A stretch of DNA of 64,000 bases from Chiloscyllium plagiosum (taxonomy: Eukaryota), in NCBI RefSeq assembly GCF_004010195.1, contig NC_057728.1:49592561-49656560 (forward strand). Reading direction: 5' to 3'. Numbering within the stretch: the stretch's first letter is position 1; every line of letters begins with the position of its first letter. Shown here one piece after another: positions 1-12,300 of the stretch. The notes under the pieces were generated by a model. It saw nothing but the letters and a program-made list of their open reading frames with translations. It ran no database searches and had not been told where the DNA came from. Both the position numbers and the translations under genes were made by a program.

Positions 1-173
1 AACCTCTATAAGGTTGCCCCACAGCCTCTGTCGCTCCAGGGAAAACAGCCTATTCAGACTCTCCCAATAGCTCAAATCCTCCAACCCTAGCAACATCCCT
101 GTAAATTTTTTCTGAACCCTTTCATGTTTCACAACATCCTTCCAATAGGAAGGAGACCAGAATTGCATGCAAT
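1..173 (-). mobile_element. CR1/HER1-type LINE fragment
   Basis: Reverse complement matches the CR1 fragments at 1625 and 11855. Confidence 0.8.
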
Positions 174-216
174 CAGACACATTCTTAAAATACAGAACAG
201 TCAGTAAATGATGAAC

Positions 217-346
217 CTGATCTGGAGCTGTAACCTTCCCAGATGTCCAAGGATCACAATCGTAGTAGAGAGAGTACATTGCCAATCCTGACAGGACTGT
301 GCACACAAGCATAATCCACAGTCCAACCAGATTCAGGTAGAGTGCA
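217..346 (-). CDS. SLC5A8: SLC5A8-like exon 7 (130 bp)
   Basis: Acceptor tttcag; [43 protein letters not shown]; donor gttcat. Confidence 0.92.
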
Positions 347-3300
347 CTGAAACAGAACAAAATATCATTTTAAATACAACAGGCAGAAAGATCCAATTTG
401 TTTTAAAAATTCTCTCATTATAATTGCCTGAAATGGTTTGGAGTAATAAAAATGAGGAGGAATTTCTTCACTTAGTGGGTGGTCAATCTTTGGAATTCTC
501 TATTCCGGATGCTGTGGAAGCATTGAACTTAACGGGTTTCTGGAAGCTAATAACATTAAGGGACATGGCGATAGTGCAGGAAAATAGGTTTGAGGAGATG
601 ATCCTCCACAGTCTGGAACAGTAGGGCAGGCTTGAAGGGTTGAATGGCCGACTCCTGTGACATGGGATCTCCTACGTCCACCGGAGAGAACAAATGTGTC
701 TCATCTGTAAGACAGAACCTGAGATAAAGGGTTTTTGTTTAAATACTTTTAATGGCTTTGTGCATTGTTGGCAAGGCCAGCATTTGATGCCCATCCCTGA
801 TTGCCTTTGAACTTAGTGCCTTGTTCAGTTGCTTCAAAGGGCAGATAACAGTCAATTACGATACTGCGGGCATGGAGACATATATAAGCCAGACAAGGTA
901 AGCTCAATAGGGTTCTTTCCCTAAAGGGAAACCATTAGCCAGTAGGAAACCATTTTTTTACAACAATCAAAGATAGTTCCTTGGTCATTATTACTAAGAT
1001 TAGCTTTCAATTCCAGATTAAGTCATTGAATTTAAATTCCACCAGCTGCCATTTAAATCTTTCTCCGTACAGCAGTACCCTGGACCTCCGAATTACTAGT
1101 CCAGCAACATTACCACTAGGCCACTAAAACAAGGTTAAAGTCACAAATAGTTTGGAGTTTTGAGAAGTAAAAGCATGAACATTGGTTAGTTTTGTTGGCT
1201 TGAGTGCACTGCAGAAACCAAAGGTGTGGTTTCGATCAGCTGTGGTAGTTTTGCTGCCTTGCCTACCTTGAGGTTGATGTGAAATGACGCCCCTCAAACT
1301 TAACCAATTAACCCATTTTATGATCCCTGCTGATATTATTATGATGTTAGGTCCCAGACTGAAACCTGGCTTGATACTTTTTTCTGTATGTGTTTTTAAC
1401 AAGGTGGTGACTCACTCAAACATTAGCATACAATGTTGCCAATGTCCTTAACTTTCCAATAACAGAATATGAGAACATCAGAAACTGGGGCAGGTCATTC
1501 CCATCCCAAGCCTGTCTTGCCCTTCATTAAGATCATGGCTGACCTGCTCTAAGTCCCAAATCTTCCTTAATGTACAAGTCTTCTTGAGCACTTCCATAGA
1601 ACACAGAACAAAGGACAGTGCAGCACAGGTAGATAGGATAATGAAGAAGGCATTGATATGCTTTCCTTTATTGGTCAGTGCATTGAGTAAATGAGTTGGG
1701 AGGTCATGTTGCAGTTGTACAGGACATTGGTTCAGCCACTTTTGGAGTATTGTGTGCAATTCTGGCCTCCCTCCTGTAGAGGGATGTTGTGAAACTTGAA
1801 AGGGTTCAGAAAAGGTGTTGACTTGTTGGGCCGAAGGACCTGTATCCATACTGTAAGGAATCTAATCTAATCTGAAAAAAAGATTTGCAAGGTTATTGTC
1901 AGAGTTGGAGGGTTTGAGCTATCTGGAGAGGTTGAATAGGCTGGGGCGGTTTTCCCTGGAATGTCGGAGGCTGAGGAGTGACCTTATAGAAGTTTATAAA
2001 ATCATGAGGTGCATGGACAGGATAAATAGACAAGGTATTTTCCACAGGGGAGAGGAGTCCAAAACCAGAGGACATAGGTTTAAAGTGGGAGGGGAAAGAT
2101 TTAAAAGAAACCTAAGGGGCAACTTTTTCACACAGAGGGTCATGCGTATATGGGATGAGTTGCCAGAGGAAGTGGTGGATTCCAACATTTAAAAGTCAGC
2201 TGGATGGGTATATGAATAGGAAGAGTTTAGAGGGATATGGGCCAAATGCTGGTAAATAGGACAAGATTTACAGAGGATATCTGGTCAGCTTGGATGAGTT
2301 GGACCGAAGGGTCTGTTTCTGTACTGTAGATCTCTCTGACCCAATGAATCGATTAAGCAAAAGAAAGAGATATAGAATAGAATAAGTTAAACAATAATAT
2401 ACAATATACATTTAAAGATTCATAAACAGATGCTAAATATATATAATTCAATTAATCCCCAAAAACCCTTTACATTACTCACACGAAGCAGAATATCTTT
2501 CTCTACCACCCCTATAGGGGCTGATTTAACTCTGGCTTCAACTCCCCATCTTGTGAATCTATCGCCTCTTCCTGCAGCCTTCATAAAACTGAGATTAAAC
2601 TTTCTCAGCTCCAAATACCCCTTCACAGTGTTTAACCAAACACTTCTCATCTGGAGCTATTACTAAACTCCTTACTCTGAAGTAATCTATTTTTTAAAAC
2701 AATGCTGAACCATCTTCTCCCTTTCTTAGAAGCAACTATTTTACACTTGCAGCTTCAGCTAAGAACTCTGCAGAACTGCCCCAAACAGAAACTAAATCTG
2801 AAAGTTTTATCTTCAACCTATGGGTATTCCCCACTAAGATATTTTAAAAATCCACAGTATGTCACCAGAAAGCCTAATACACTATTCTGTGTACTTTCTT
2901 TGCTCATTAGCTCTCCCAATAAAACATAAACCCATTTGTTCTTGGAGACTATCTCTCTCAGTTTTAAGAGGAATGACCATGGCTACAGACATATTGGCAA
3001 ATTAATCATTAAACCTCTTCAAATACATAAAATACTCTATTTGCTACAATTCAAATTCAAAAATCCAAACTTCAGAATAAATGACATTGAAATATATATT
3101 GATTGCATGCTTATATCAGACACTGTCTAGTGGAGTGTCTGCAGCCTTTTGTCAACTATGGCTAGACACCTACTCATATGAAACAGATCAGTCTTCAGAC
3201 CATTAGCTGTGGGAGCAGAAGTAGGCCATTCAGCCCATCAAGTCCACTCAATAACTATGGATAATCGGATAATCCTCAATTCCATTCTCTCATCTTATCC

Positions 3301-6300
3301 CTGTAAACCTTGATTCCCTTGATGTTTAAAAACTTACATCAACCTTGAATGTATTTTACAAGACATCTTTGACAGCCCTCCACGATAAAGAATTCGATAG
3401 ATTCACGACCCTCCGAGAGAAATAATTCCTATTCATCTCCATTTTGAATGAGCAACTCCGAACTCTTGTTCTAGACTATCTCAGGATGACAAACAACCTC
3501 TACGCATCTAACCTATAAAGTGCCTGAATAATTTTATGGTCTCCTCTCACTCCTCTAAACTCCCATGAGTACAATGAGTACCTATTCAACTTTTCTTCAC
3601 ACAAAAATCCCTCCATACCCAGGATCAGCCAAATGAAACTTCTCTCAACAACCTCTACATAAGGAGCTCAAAGCTGTTTACTGTATTTCCAGCTCTGGTC
3701 AGATTAGTGTCTTGCATATTGTAGCAAGGCCTCCCTATTTTTATGCTTCATTCCTTTTGAAATAAAGGCCATCATTCCATTTGCCTTCGCTGTTATTTCA
3801 ATGTTAGCTTTTTGTGATTCAAGCACAAGGATCCCAAAACACTCCTTTGGAGTGGCACGGTGGCTCAGTGGTCATCACTGCTGTCTCACAGCGCCAGGGA
3901 CCTGACTTCAATTCCAGCCTCGGGTGACTGTGTGAAGTTTGCACATTCTTCCTGTATCTGCGTGGGTTTCCTCAGGGTGCTCCGGTTTCTACTCACAATC
4001 TAAAGAAGTGCAGGTGAGATGAATTGGCTATGCTAAATTGTCCACAGTGTTCAGGGGTGTATGGGCTGGATGCATTAGGCAGGGGTTAAATGTAGGGGAA
4101 TGGGTTTAGGTGGGTCAAACTTTGGAGGATTAGTGCGGATTTGTTGGGCTGAAGGGACTGTTTCCACTCTGTAAGGATTCTATGATCTAAAACTGACTAG
4201 ACGAAAGTGAGTACTGCAGATGCTAGATTTTAGAGTCAAGATTAGAGTGGTGCTGGAAAAGCACAATTCCTGATGAAGGACTTTTGCCCAAAACGTCAAT
4301 TTTCCTGCTCCCCGGATGCTGCCTGACCTGATGTGCTTTTCCAGCACCAGTCTAATCTTGACTATGATCTAAACCCTTTGTGCTGCATTTTTTCGCAATT
4401 TTCTCCGTTTAAATAAAATCAGCTCCTCTATTCTTCCTGCAAAAGTGCAATATCTCATATGTCCTGCACTGTTGCTTCTCTCTTTTTTTTAGAAGTTTAA
4501 AGAAGATCTTACCGTCTGTTTTTATGTTACTTAACCTTCATAGTTTATTTACCCCATTGCTTTTAATTTTTTTGTTGGTCAGTTCTTTGATTTACCATTA
4601 ATCTTTGCCACATGACTTTTTTCTTTTAATTACTGTCCTTAACTTTCCTAGATAACCATAGTCAGTTTATCCCTTTCCTAGAACCCTTCACCTTCACTGG
4701 GATATGCCTTTGCTGTGAGAGTTGAACTGTTTTAAATGTCTGCCATTGTTTGTCGACCATCTTTTCTGCTAATCAAAGAAAAAATACTGTGGATGTTGGA
4801 GTCTGAAACAAATACAGAATGCTGGAGAAACTCAGCCGTTCTGTTAAGATCTGTGCAGAGAGTTTAGAGTCCAGTATAAATTATCTTCAGAATAGATCCT
4901 TTCTCCTCCCCAGGTTGAAACTTTGTAACACTGACAATATCTAGTAATTCAGAATCCGAATCTGCTAATGTAGAAAAGAATATTAGATTAGATTAGATTA
5001 CTTACAGTGTGGAAACAGGCCCTTCGGCCCAACAAGTCCACACCGCCCCGCCAAAGCGCAACCCACCCATACCCCTAACCTAACACTACGGGCAATTTAG
5101 CATGGCCAATTCACCTGGCCTGCACATCTTTGGACTGTGGGAGGAAACCGGAGCACCCGGAGGAAACCCACGCAGACACGGACAGAACGTGCAAACTCCA
5201 CACAGTCAGTCGCCTGAGGCGGGAATTGAACCCGGGTCTCTGGCGCTGTAAGGCAGCAATGCTAACCACTGTGCCACCGTGCCACCCTTAAATTTTACTG
5301 CTTAGATTTAGAGTTCCTGTTCCTCTGAACATGTTATTCAATCAACTAAGAAATTATTTATTAGCATGATTTCAATAATGAAATACCACTATAGTACTTT
5401 TAATGTAAGGTGTTTCACTGGAGGGTACTGAGACAAAATTTGAAGCTAAACTGCATACGGTATTCAGATAGTCAACCAAATGACTGGTCAAAGCAATAAG
5501 GCTTAAAGGAAGGGAAAGATGGAGAGAGTTACACAGGAATTTCAGAGCTTAGGGCCTAAGGAATGAATTGGCTGCAATTGTGCAGCAATTAAACTTGTGG
5601 ATGCTCAAAAGACAAGAATTGGAAGAGTGTAGAAATGGTGTTGGCCTGTATGGCTGCTGGAGGTTGGAGTGGTAAGGAGAGGGATCTGAAAACAAGGCTG
5701 AGAATTTTAAAAATGAGGTATTACTGAATTTCAGACCATTGCAAGATTAAGATGACAAACTAATACTCACACTTTGGCTTGAGTTTGTGTTTTGCAAGAG
5801 ATGTATCTCTGAACCTGGGCCTGGTTCACTCCATAGATCCCAGTCCATGTGAAAGTTCCTCCTATTACAATCGTCCAAAAGGTATGTCGGTGGAACGGAT
5901 TGGGGTCAAAACTGAACACAGATGTTGGACGTTAAATTATAAAGCACATTGTTAATAGATCCTGTTAATTAAAGGAACATACCTTTGCAATACTTACTTC
6001 CAGAAGTTTAGTCTGCCCCCGTGATCAGCAGTATTCAGTACCTTACTGATGCCCCCTTTCACTACTATGGCTTGAACAATGACTGCCACAAGCCCAATCA
6101 CCATGATGACAATCTGAAATACATCTGTCCACACAACAGCTTTGAGACCTCCCTGAAGCAAAGAGAAGGAAAAGTATCATATCCAAGTGTTAAGTGACTG
6201 CCTTGGCTCAGTGGGTAATCACTTGCCTAAAAGTCAGAAGCTTGTTGGCTCAAGTCTCACTCCAAGGATTTAAGTGTTCTTTCATTCAGATACCAGCTAA

Positions 6301-9300
6301 CTTGTAACTGAGACACTGCTGCACTGTGAGAAGTGCTTTTGTTTTTAACTGATATATTAAAGAAAAGCCCTGCTTTCAACTGCATTCAGTTAGAAAAGAT
6401 CCCACTGCACAAGAACAACAAGAAAGGTGTCCTGGCCAATATTTATCCTTTATTCACACCGTGGAAGTGCAAGGCAGTGGTCATCTCCAACAAGGGAGAA
6501 ATTATCTATTGCCCCTTGACATTTAATATATTTAATATATTATCATTACTGAATCCTCCATTACAATTGATCAGAAACTGAATTAGATGAGTCACATAAA
6601 TATTTTGGGGACATCAGCAGGTCAAGGGCTGGGAACTTAGCAGCAAGTAACTCACCTCCTATTTATCCACAGCCTGTTCGTCATCTGCAAGGGACAAGAC
6701 AAGTGTACGATGGAATATTCCCCACATGCCTGGATGACTGCAGCTCCAGTAACATTCAAGAAGACTGACACCGTCCAGGACAAAGCATCCCACCAGACTG
6801 CCACCACATCCACAAACATTCATTCTCACTACCACTGACTCTCTGGAGCAGTGTGTGCATCATCTATAAGATGGATGGCACAACTTCATTAAGGCTGCTT
6901 GGACAGTACCAGAGGAGTGAAGATTGGCTTTAGTTGTATAGGAGTTGGCTTGCACCATGCCTGAAGTATTGTATGCAGTTTTGGTCTCCAAATACTGCTT
7001 TTTGCCATAGAGGAAGTGCAACAAAGGTTCACCAGACTTTTTCTCAGGATGACAGGGATCCTATGAAGACAAGTTGGGAAAACTGGGCCTGTATTCCATA
7101 GAGTATCAAAGAATGAGAGATGATCTTGTTTAAACTTACAAAATGTTTAATGGGGTAGACAGGGGAGGTATTTTGTTTTACCCTGGTTGGGGAGTCTAAA
7201 ACCAGGGGCACAATTGAAAAATAAGGGAGATATAACTTTGATCCAAGATTAGGAGGAAGTTTTTTACTCAAAATGTTGTGAATCTTTGGGATTTTCCAGC
7301 TCAGAGGACTGTGGAAGCTCAGTCTTTGATTACATTTAAAAGTTGATAAAATTTTGATTATCAATGGTGTGATGCATTATGGTGACAGTGTGGGTGAAAG
7401 ACATTGAAATGTTCAGTCAGCCATAATTATATTAAATGTTGGGGCAGGCCTGTTGGGCTGAATGACCTACTCCTGTTCCTATGTACTTATGACAGGGCCT
7501 TCCAAATAGACGACCACTTCGATTTATAGAACAAGGGAATCAGATACATGGCAACATCATCATATGCAAGTTCTCCCAAGTCATCTTGACTTGGAAATAT
7601 ATCACCATCCCTTCCCAAAGTCCTGGAACAGAATTGTGGATCTACTTAGAGCACATGGACTGCAAAAGTTCAAGAAGGCAGCTCACCACCACCTTCTCGA
7701 GGACAACTAGGGCTGGGCAATAAATACCTGTGCAGCCAGCAATGCCCACATCCCATGAACTGATTAACAAAAAAATCATTATCTCATTGCTCTTACTGGA
7801 ATCTGTTTGCAACCTTGATTTAAAAATATTTCATTATTTTGGCTGGAAAGTGCTTTGAGATATAGACAGATTTATAATCAGGAAGAAAATCAAGGGTTAT
7901 AGGGAAAACTAAGGAAAGTAGAGTTGAGGATTATCAGACCAGTCATGATTTGGAGGTGCTGGTGTCGGGCTGGGGTGTACAAAGTTAAAAATCACATAAC
8001 ACCAGGTTATAGTCCATTTGGAAGCACTAACTTTCTGAGCACTGCTCCTTCTTCAGGTGGTTGTGATCAGTCATGACTTCATTGAATGGTGGAGCAGACT
8101 CAATAGGCTGAATGGCCTATTTCTACTCCCTCGTCTTATCAACTAGTCTGTGCTGATAGTGAAGACTAAAACAGTCCCTTCACCTCCATGTTTTTCCTCC
8201 AGAAGTGGGTGATTCCCACTTTGCTGCTCATTCCCCAGACCCTCCCATTATCCTCTTTCTCCAGCCTCCACCTAGACTGTTTTAAAATTATTTGATAGAT
8301 TGCGCTTCACCCAAGGTCTATGCCTGTGCTCCTCAGATGCTGCCTGACCTGCTGTGCTTTTCTAGCACCACACTTTTCAATTCCATGTGCAAGCTTATTC
8401 TGTGTAAAGACATTCTCTTCTTCATCAGTTCCTTTGGCGAATAAACTTAAATGTATGCTGTTCACCACCAGTTTCACCAGCTCAATTACCTTAACTTACC
8501 AGAGTGCAGTAGAAAGTACAGACTACTCCAGTTGAAATAATCGAACCCCAGAGGTTGAAATTTGTCACTAAAAGCAAGGAAATAAATGCATCTGAATCAT
8601 CGGTACTGAAGGCCGTTGTTATTATTGCTGAACTGACAAATGATGAGACAGAAAAGTCATACAGACCTTGATTTAATGCCAATGCTGGAGCATAAATAAC
8701 AATCCCTGTGTATAAAATCTGAAATAAATGATACATAACTCAGACAACTAAGGTCCAATTAAGCATTGATTTCTGAAGATACTGTCATTTTTAAAAATAA
8801 AGAAAAGGAAAGAGCATAAGAATAAGAGAAAGAGGCAAAGGAAATAAAAGGAGAGTGTCAGGAAGAGAGGACAGAATGAGAGAAAGAAAGTGTGTGTATG
8901 AGAGAAAGAAAGAGAGAGAGAGAGAAAGAAGCGTTCTCACATAAGGCACATTTGAAATGGTTTGGGACAGGTTTGGAAGCTGATTTGCCACATGCAACAT
9001 TAACGTAAAACAGAAATAAAACCAAGAATTGCGGGTGCTGTAAATCAGAAACCCAGAGCAGACATTGCTGGAAAAGTGCAGCATGTCTGGTAGCATCTGT
9101 GGAGAGAAATCGGAGTTTCCTGAAAACACGAAGAGTCACTCGACCCAAAACGTTAATGCTGATTTCTCTCCACAGATGCTGCCAGACCTGCTGAGCTTTT
9201 CTGTTTTTGTTTAACATAAAGCAAACTCAGCAACGTTTAATCTCATTGCACTGTGTTCATGGGTTGCAGTCACTGGTTCAACAAACACAATGGCTGCAAA

Positions 9301-12300
9301 ACATCTGCCAACTTACAAAATTCAGTGCATTGATAAGATGCAAATAAAGGAAACTGCTTCAAAATATGTGAAATGCAAGATAATTTCCATTCGAGGTGAT
9401 AATATGATGCGAAGCATTGCTGGAGCAATATGCAGCTTCACAGGCTGGAAGGACATGTTGGTGTTGCCAGTTTCCTACGTGATAAAAACAATGACCTGGA
9501 TTACACCTCTCCCCACCCCTCCTCTTGCAAAAATGCCATTCCGTATTCCCAATTCCTCCACCTCCGCCATATCTGCTCCCAGGAGGACCAGTTCCACCAC
9601 AGAACACACCAGATGGCCTCCTTCTTTAGAGACCGCAATTTCCCTTCCCAAGTGGTTAAAGATGCCCTCCAACGNNNNNNNNNNNNNNNNNNNNNNNNNN
9701 NNNNNNNNNNNNNNNNNNNNNNNNNNNNNNNNNNNNNNNNNNNNNNNNNNNNNNNNNNNNNNNNNNNNNNNNNNNNNNNNNNNNNNNNNNNNNNNNNNNN
9801 NNNNNNNNNNNNNNNNNNNNNNNNNNNNNNNNNNNNNNNNNNNNNNNNNNNNNNNNNNNNNNNNNNNNNNNNNNNNNNNNNNNNNNNNNNNNNNNNNNNN
9901 NNNNNNNNNNNNNNNNNNNNNNNNNNNNNNNNNNNNNNNNNNNNNNNNNNNNNNNNNNNNNNNNNNNNNNNNNNNNNNNNNNNNNNNNNNNNNNNNNNNN
10001 NNNNNNNNNNNNNNNNNNNNNNNNNNNNNNNNNNNNNNNNNNNNNNNNNNNNNNNNNNNNNNNNNNNNNNNNNNNNNNNNNNNNNNNNNNNNNNNNNNNN
10101 NNNNNNNNNCTTTTCCACCTATCCACTCCACCCTCTCCTCCCTGACCTATCACCTTCATCTCCTCCCCCACTCACCTATTGTACTCTATGCTACTTTCTC
10201 CCCACCCCCACCCTCCTCTAGCTTATCTCTCCACGCTTCAGGCTCTCTGCCTTTATTCCTGATGAAGGGCTTTTGCCCGAAACATCGATTTTACTGCTCC
10301 TCGGATGCTGCCTGAACTGCTTTGCTCTTCCAGCACCACTAATCCAGTTTCCTATGTGAGAATGTCCTGGCCATCACTGAGAAGCAAACAGCTCCAAAAA
10401 AAAAGAACTGGATATAAACATGAAGTGTAACATTTTACTGGGAATTATAGGATGGTCACAGCATAGAAAGAGAGCATTCAGCCTGTTGGGTTTGTGCTGT
10501 GATGTAGAAGTGCTGGTGTTGGACTGGGGTGGACAAGGTTAAAAATCACTCAACACCAGGTTATCGTCCAACAGGTTTATTTGGAACCACTAGCTCGTGC
10601 TATAACCTGGTGGTGTCGGGTTTGTGCTACACAAAGATTAGTTTGGAACTAATTCGAGGTCTCATTCAAAACAGCTATAATGAACACAATAGGCCAAGGA
10701 GTTTCCTCAAGTGAATAAGGTTTCTATGATTCTAAGAAGGAAATGAGAATCGATGAGGGTAATACCCTCAGGTATCAAATTACATCTGCTAGTAGCTGGT
10801 AACAGAATGAAACAGAATAAGCCACGTAACAAAGCCTTTTATTGAAGAACAGTGCCAAGGCAAAGGTCAGAAAGAGAGATTCACATCGAAGAATAATTCA
10901 TGGCCAATAGAAGCTTTAAAAGTCAATTGAAACCATAAATGCTGTAAAGCCAGTTTATCATTCACAGTAATGGCCCATTGCCAGGGAACGTGATTTAATT
11001 ATGTGTTAATGTTACTGACTGTTTACTGTATGATCTGTCACTCAGTACAAATGTTTCTTCATGATTTTTATGGTGATAATATAACATAATTGCAAAAATA
11101 AACTGATAGAAGTTACATATTTTAACTGCATACTTACTGTTTGAATCATAAATAATATTGTTCCACATAAACGAACCCATCTGTTAAACCGCAGCTCCAA
11201 GTACTGAAAAATCAGACAGCCATGGGTGAGATCTTGGTGTAAATCTCAATTCAAACACTAGCGCCCCTGCTCCTCCCCACCATTATTCTTATTTAGCCAA
11301 ATTCAGGCAACAGAAGGCCACCTACCCAGAGAAACAGCACAACAAATTTACATAGCACTATTATATTCCACTGACCTAAGGCTAGCATGAGTCTTTGACC
11401 CATCAGTGAAAGCTCACAGCATTGCACGATGCTGGGCATTAATGGCCCCAATAAGTGATTTTGCAATTATTTCTTAAAAGGTTTCCTTGTGGGCCATGTT
11501 GTACAGATAATGGTTCTGGAAGGTTTAATGACAGTCTTGTTCCAAAATGGGTCAGACGTATCGCCTCAGGCTCCTGATATTCTTTGTTATTATGTCCAAC
11601 TTTTAGTGTCCAAGGATGTGCAGGCTAGGTGGATTAGCCTTGATAAATGCAGGCTTATAATGTAGAGGTATTGGTCTGGGTGGAACGCTCTTAGGAGGGT
11701 TGGTGTGGATGAGATGGGCCCAATGATCTGTTTCCACACTGTAGGAATTCTATGATCTAACCAATGTGACTTGTACTTGTTGTTCACAGGCAATAAACTA
11801 AAAAAAATTAAACAAGTAAACTAAAATAACCAAAAGTGCAGTCACAAATACACTTGGTGGTGAGGAAGGCATTTGGTATGCTTGCCTTTTTGGTCAGAGG
11901 ATTGAAGGATTGAGTATAGGAGTTGGAAGGTCATGTTGCAGCTATACAGCTCACTTTTGGAATACTGCCTTCAATTCTGGTCTCCCTGCCATATGAAGGA
12001 TGTTGTGTAACTTGAAAGGGTTCAGAAAAGGTTTACAAGGATGTTGTCAGGGTTGGAGGGCTTGAGCTATAGAAAGAGGCTGAATAGGCTGGGGCTGTTT
12101 TCCCTGGAGCGTCAGAGGCTGACAGGTGGGCTTATAGAAGTTTATAATATCATGACAAGATCTTTTCACCAGGGTAAGAGGGTCTGAAACCAGAGGGCAT
12201 AGGTTTAAAGTGAGAGGGCAAAGATTTCAAAGGGACCTGAGGGACAACTTTGTCACACAGAGGGTGGTGCATGTATGGAATGAGCTGCCAGAGGAAGTGG

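Noticed and set aside
2345..3130. Possible decayed L1/Tx1-like 3' end on the minus strand
   Set aside because: Composition is suggestive, but I could not read a convincing motif.
3849..3925. tRNA-like A/B boxes in SINE heads (also 31535, 34073, 44970, 24130)
   Set aside because: They continue into SINE bodies and I could not build a complete cloverleaf, so they are not called tRNA genes.
9290..10315. Long ORFs (171-341 aa) across 9.3-10.3 kb
   Set aside because: Their length is an artefact of translating through the 435-N gap; only the Penelope RT remnant is meaningful.
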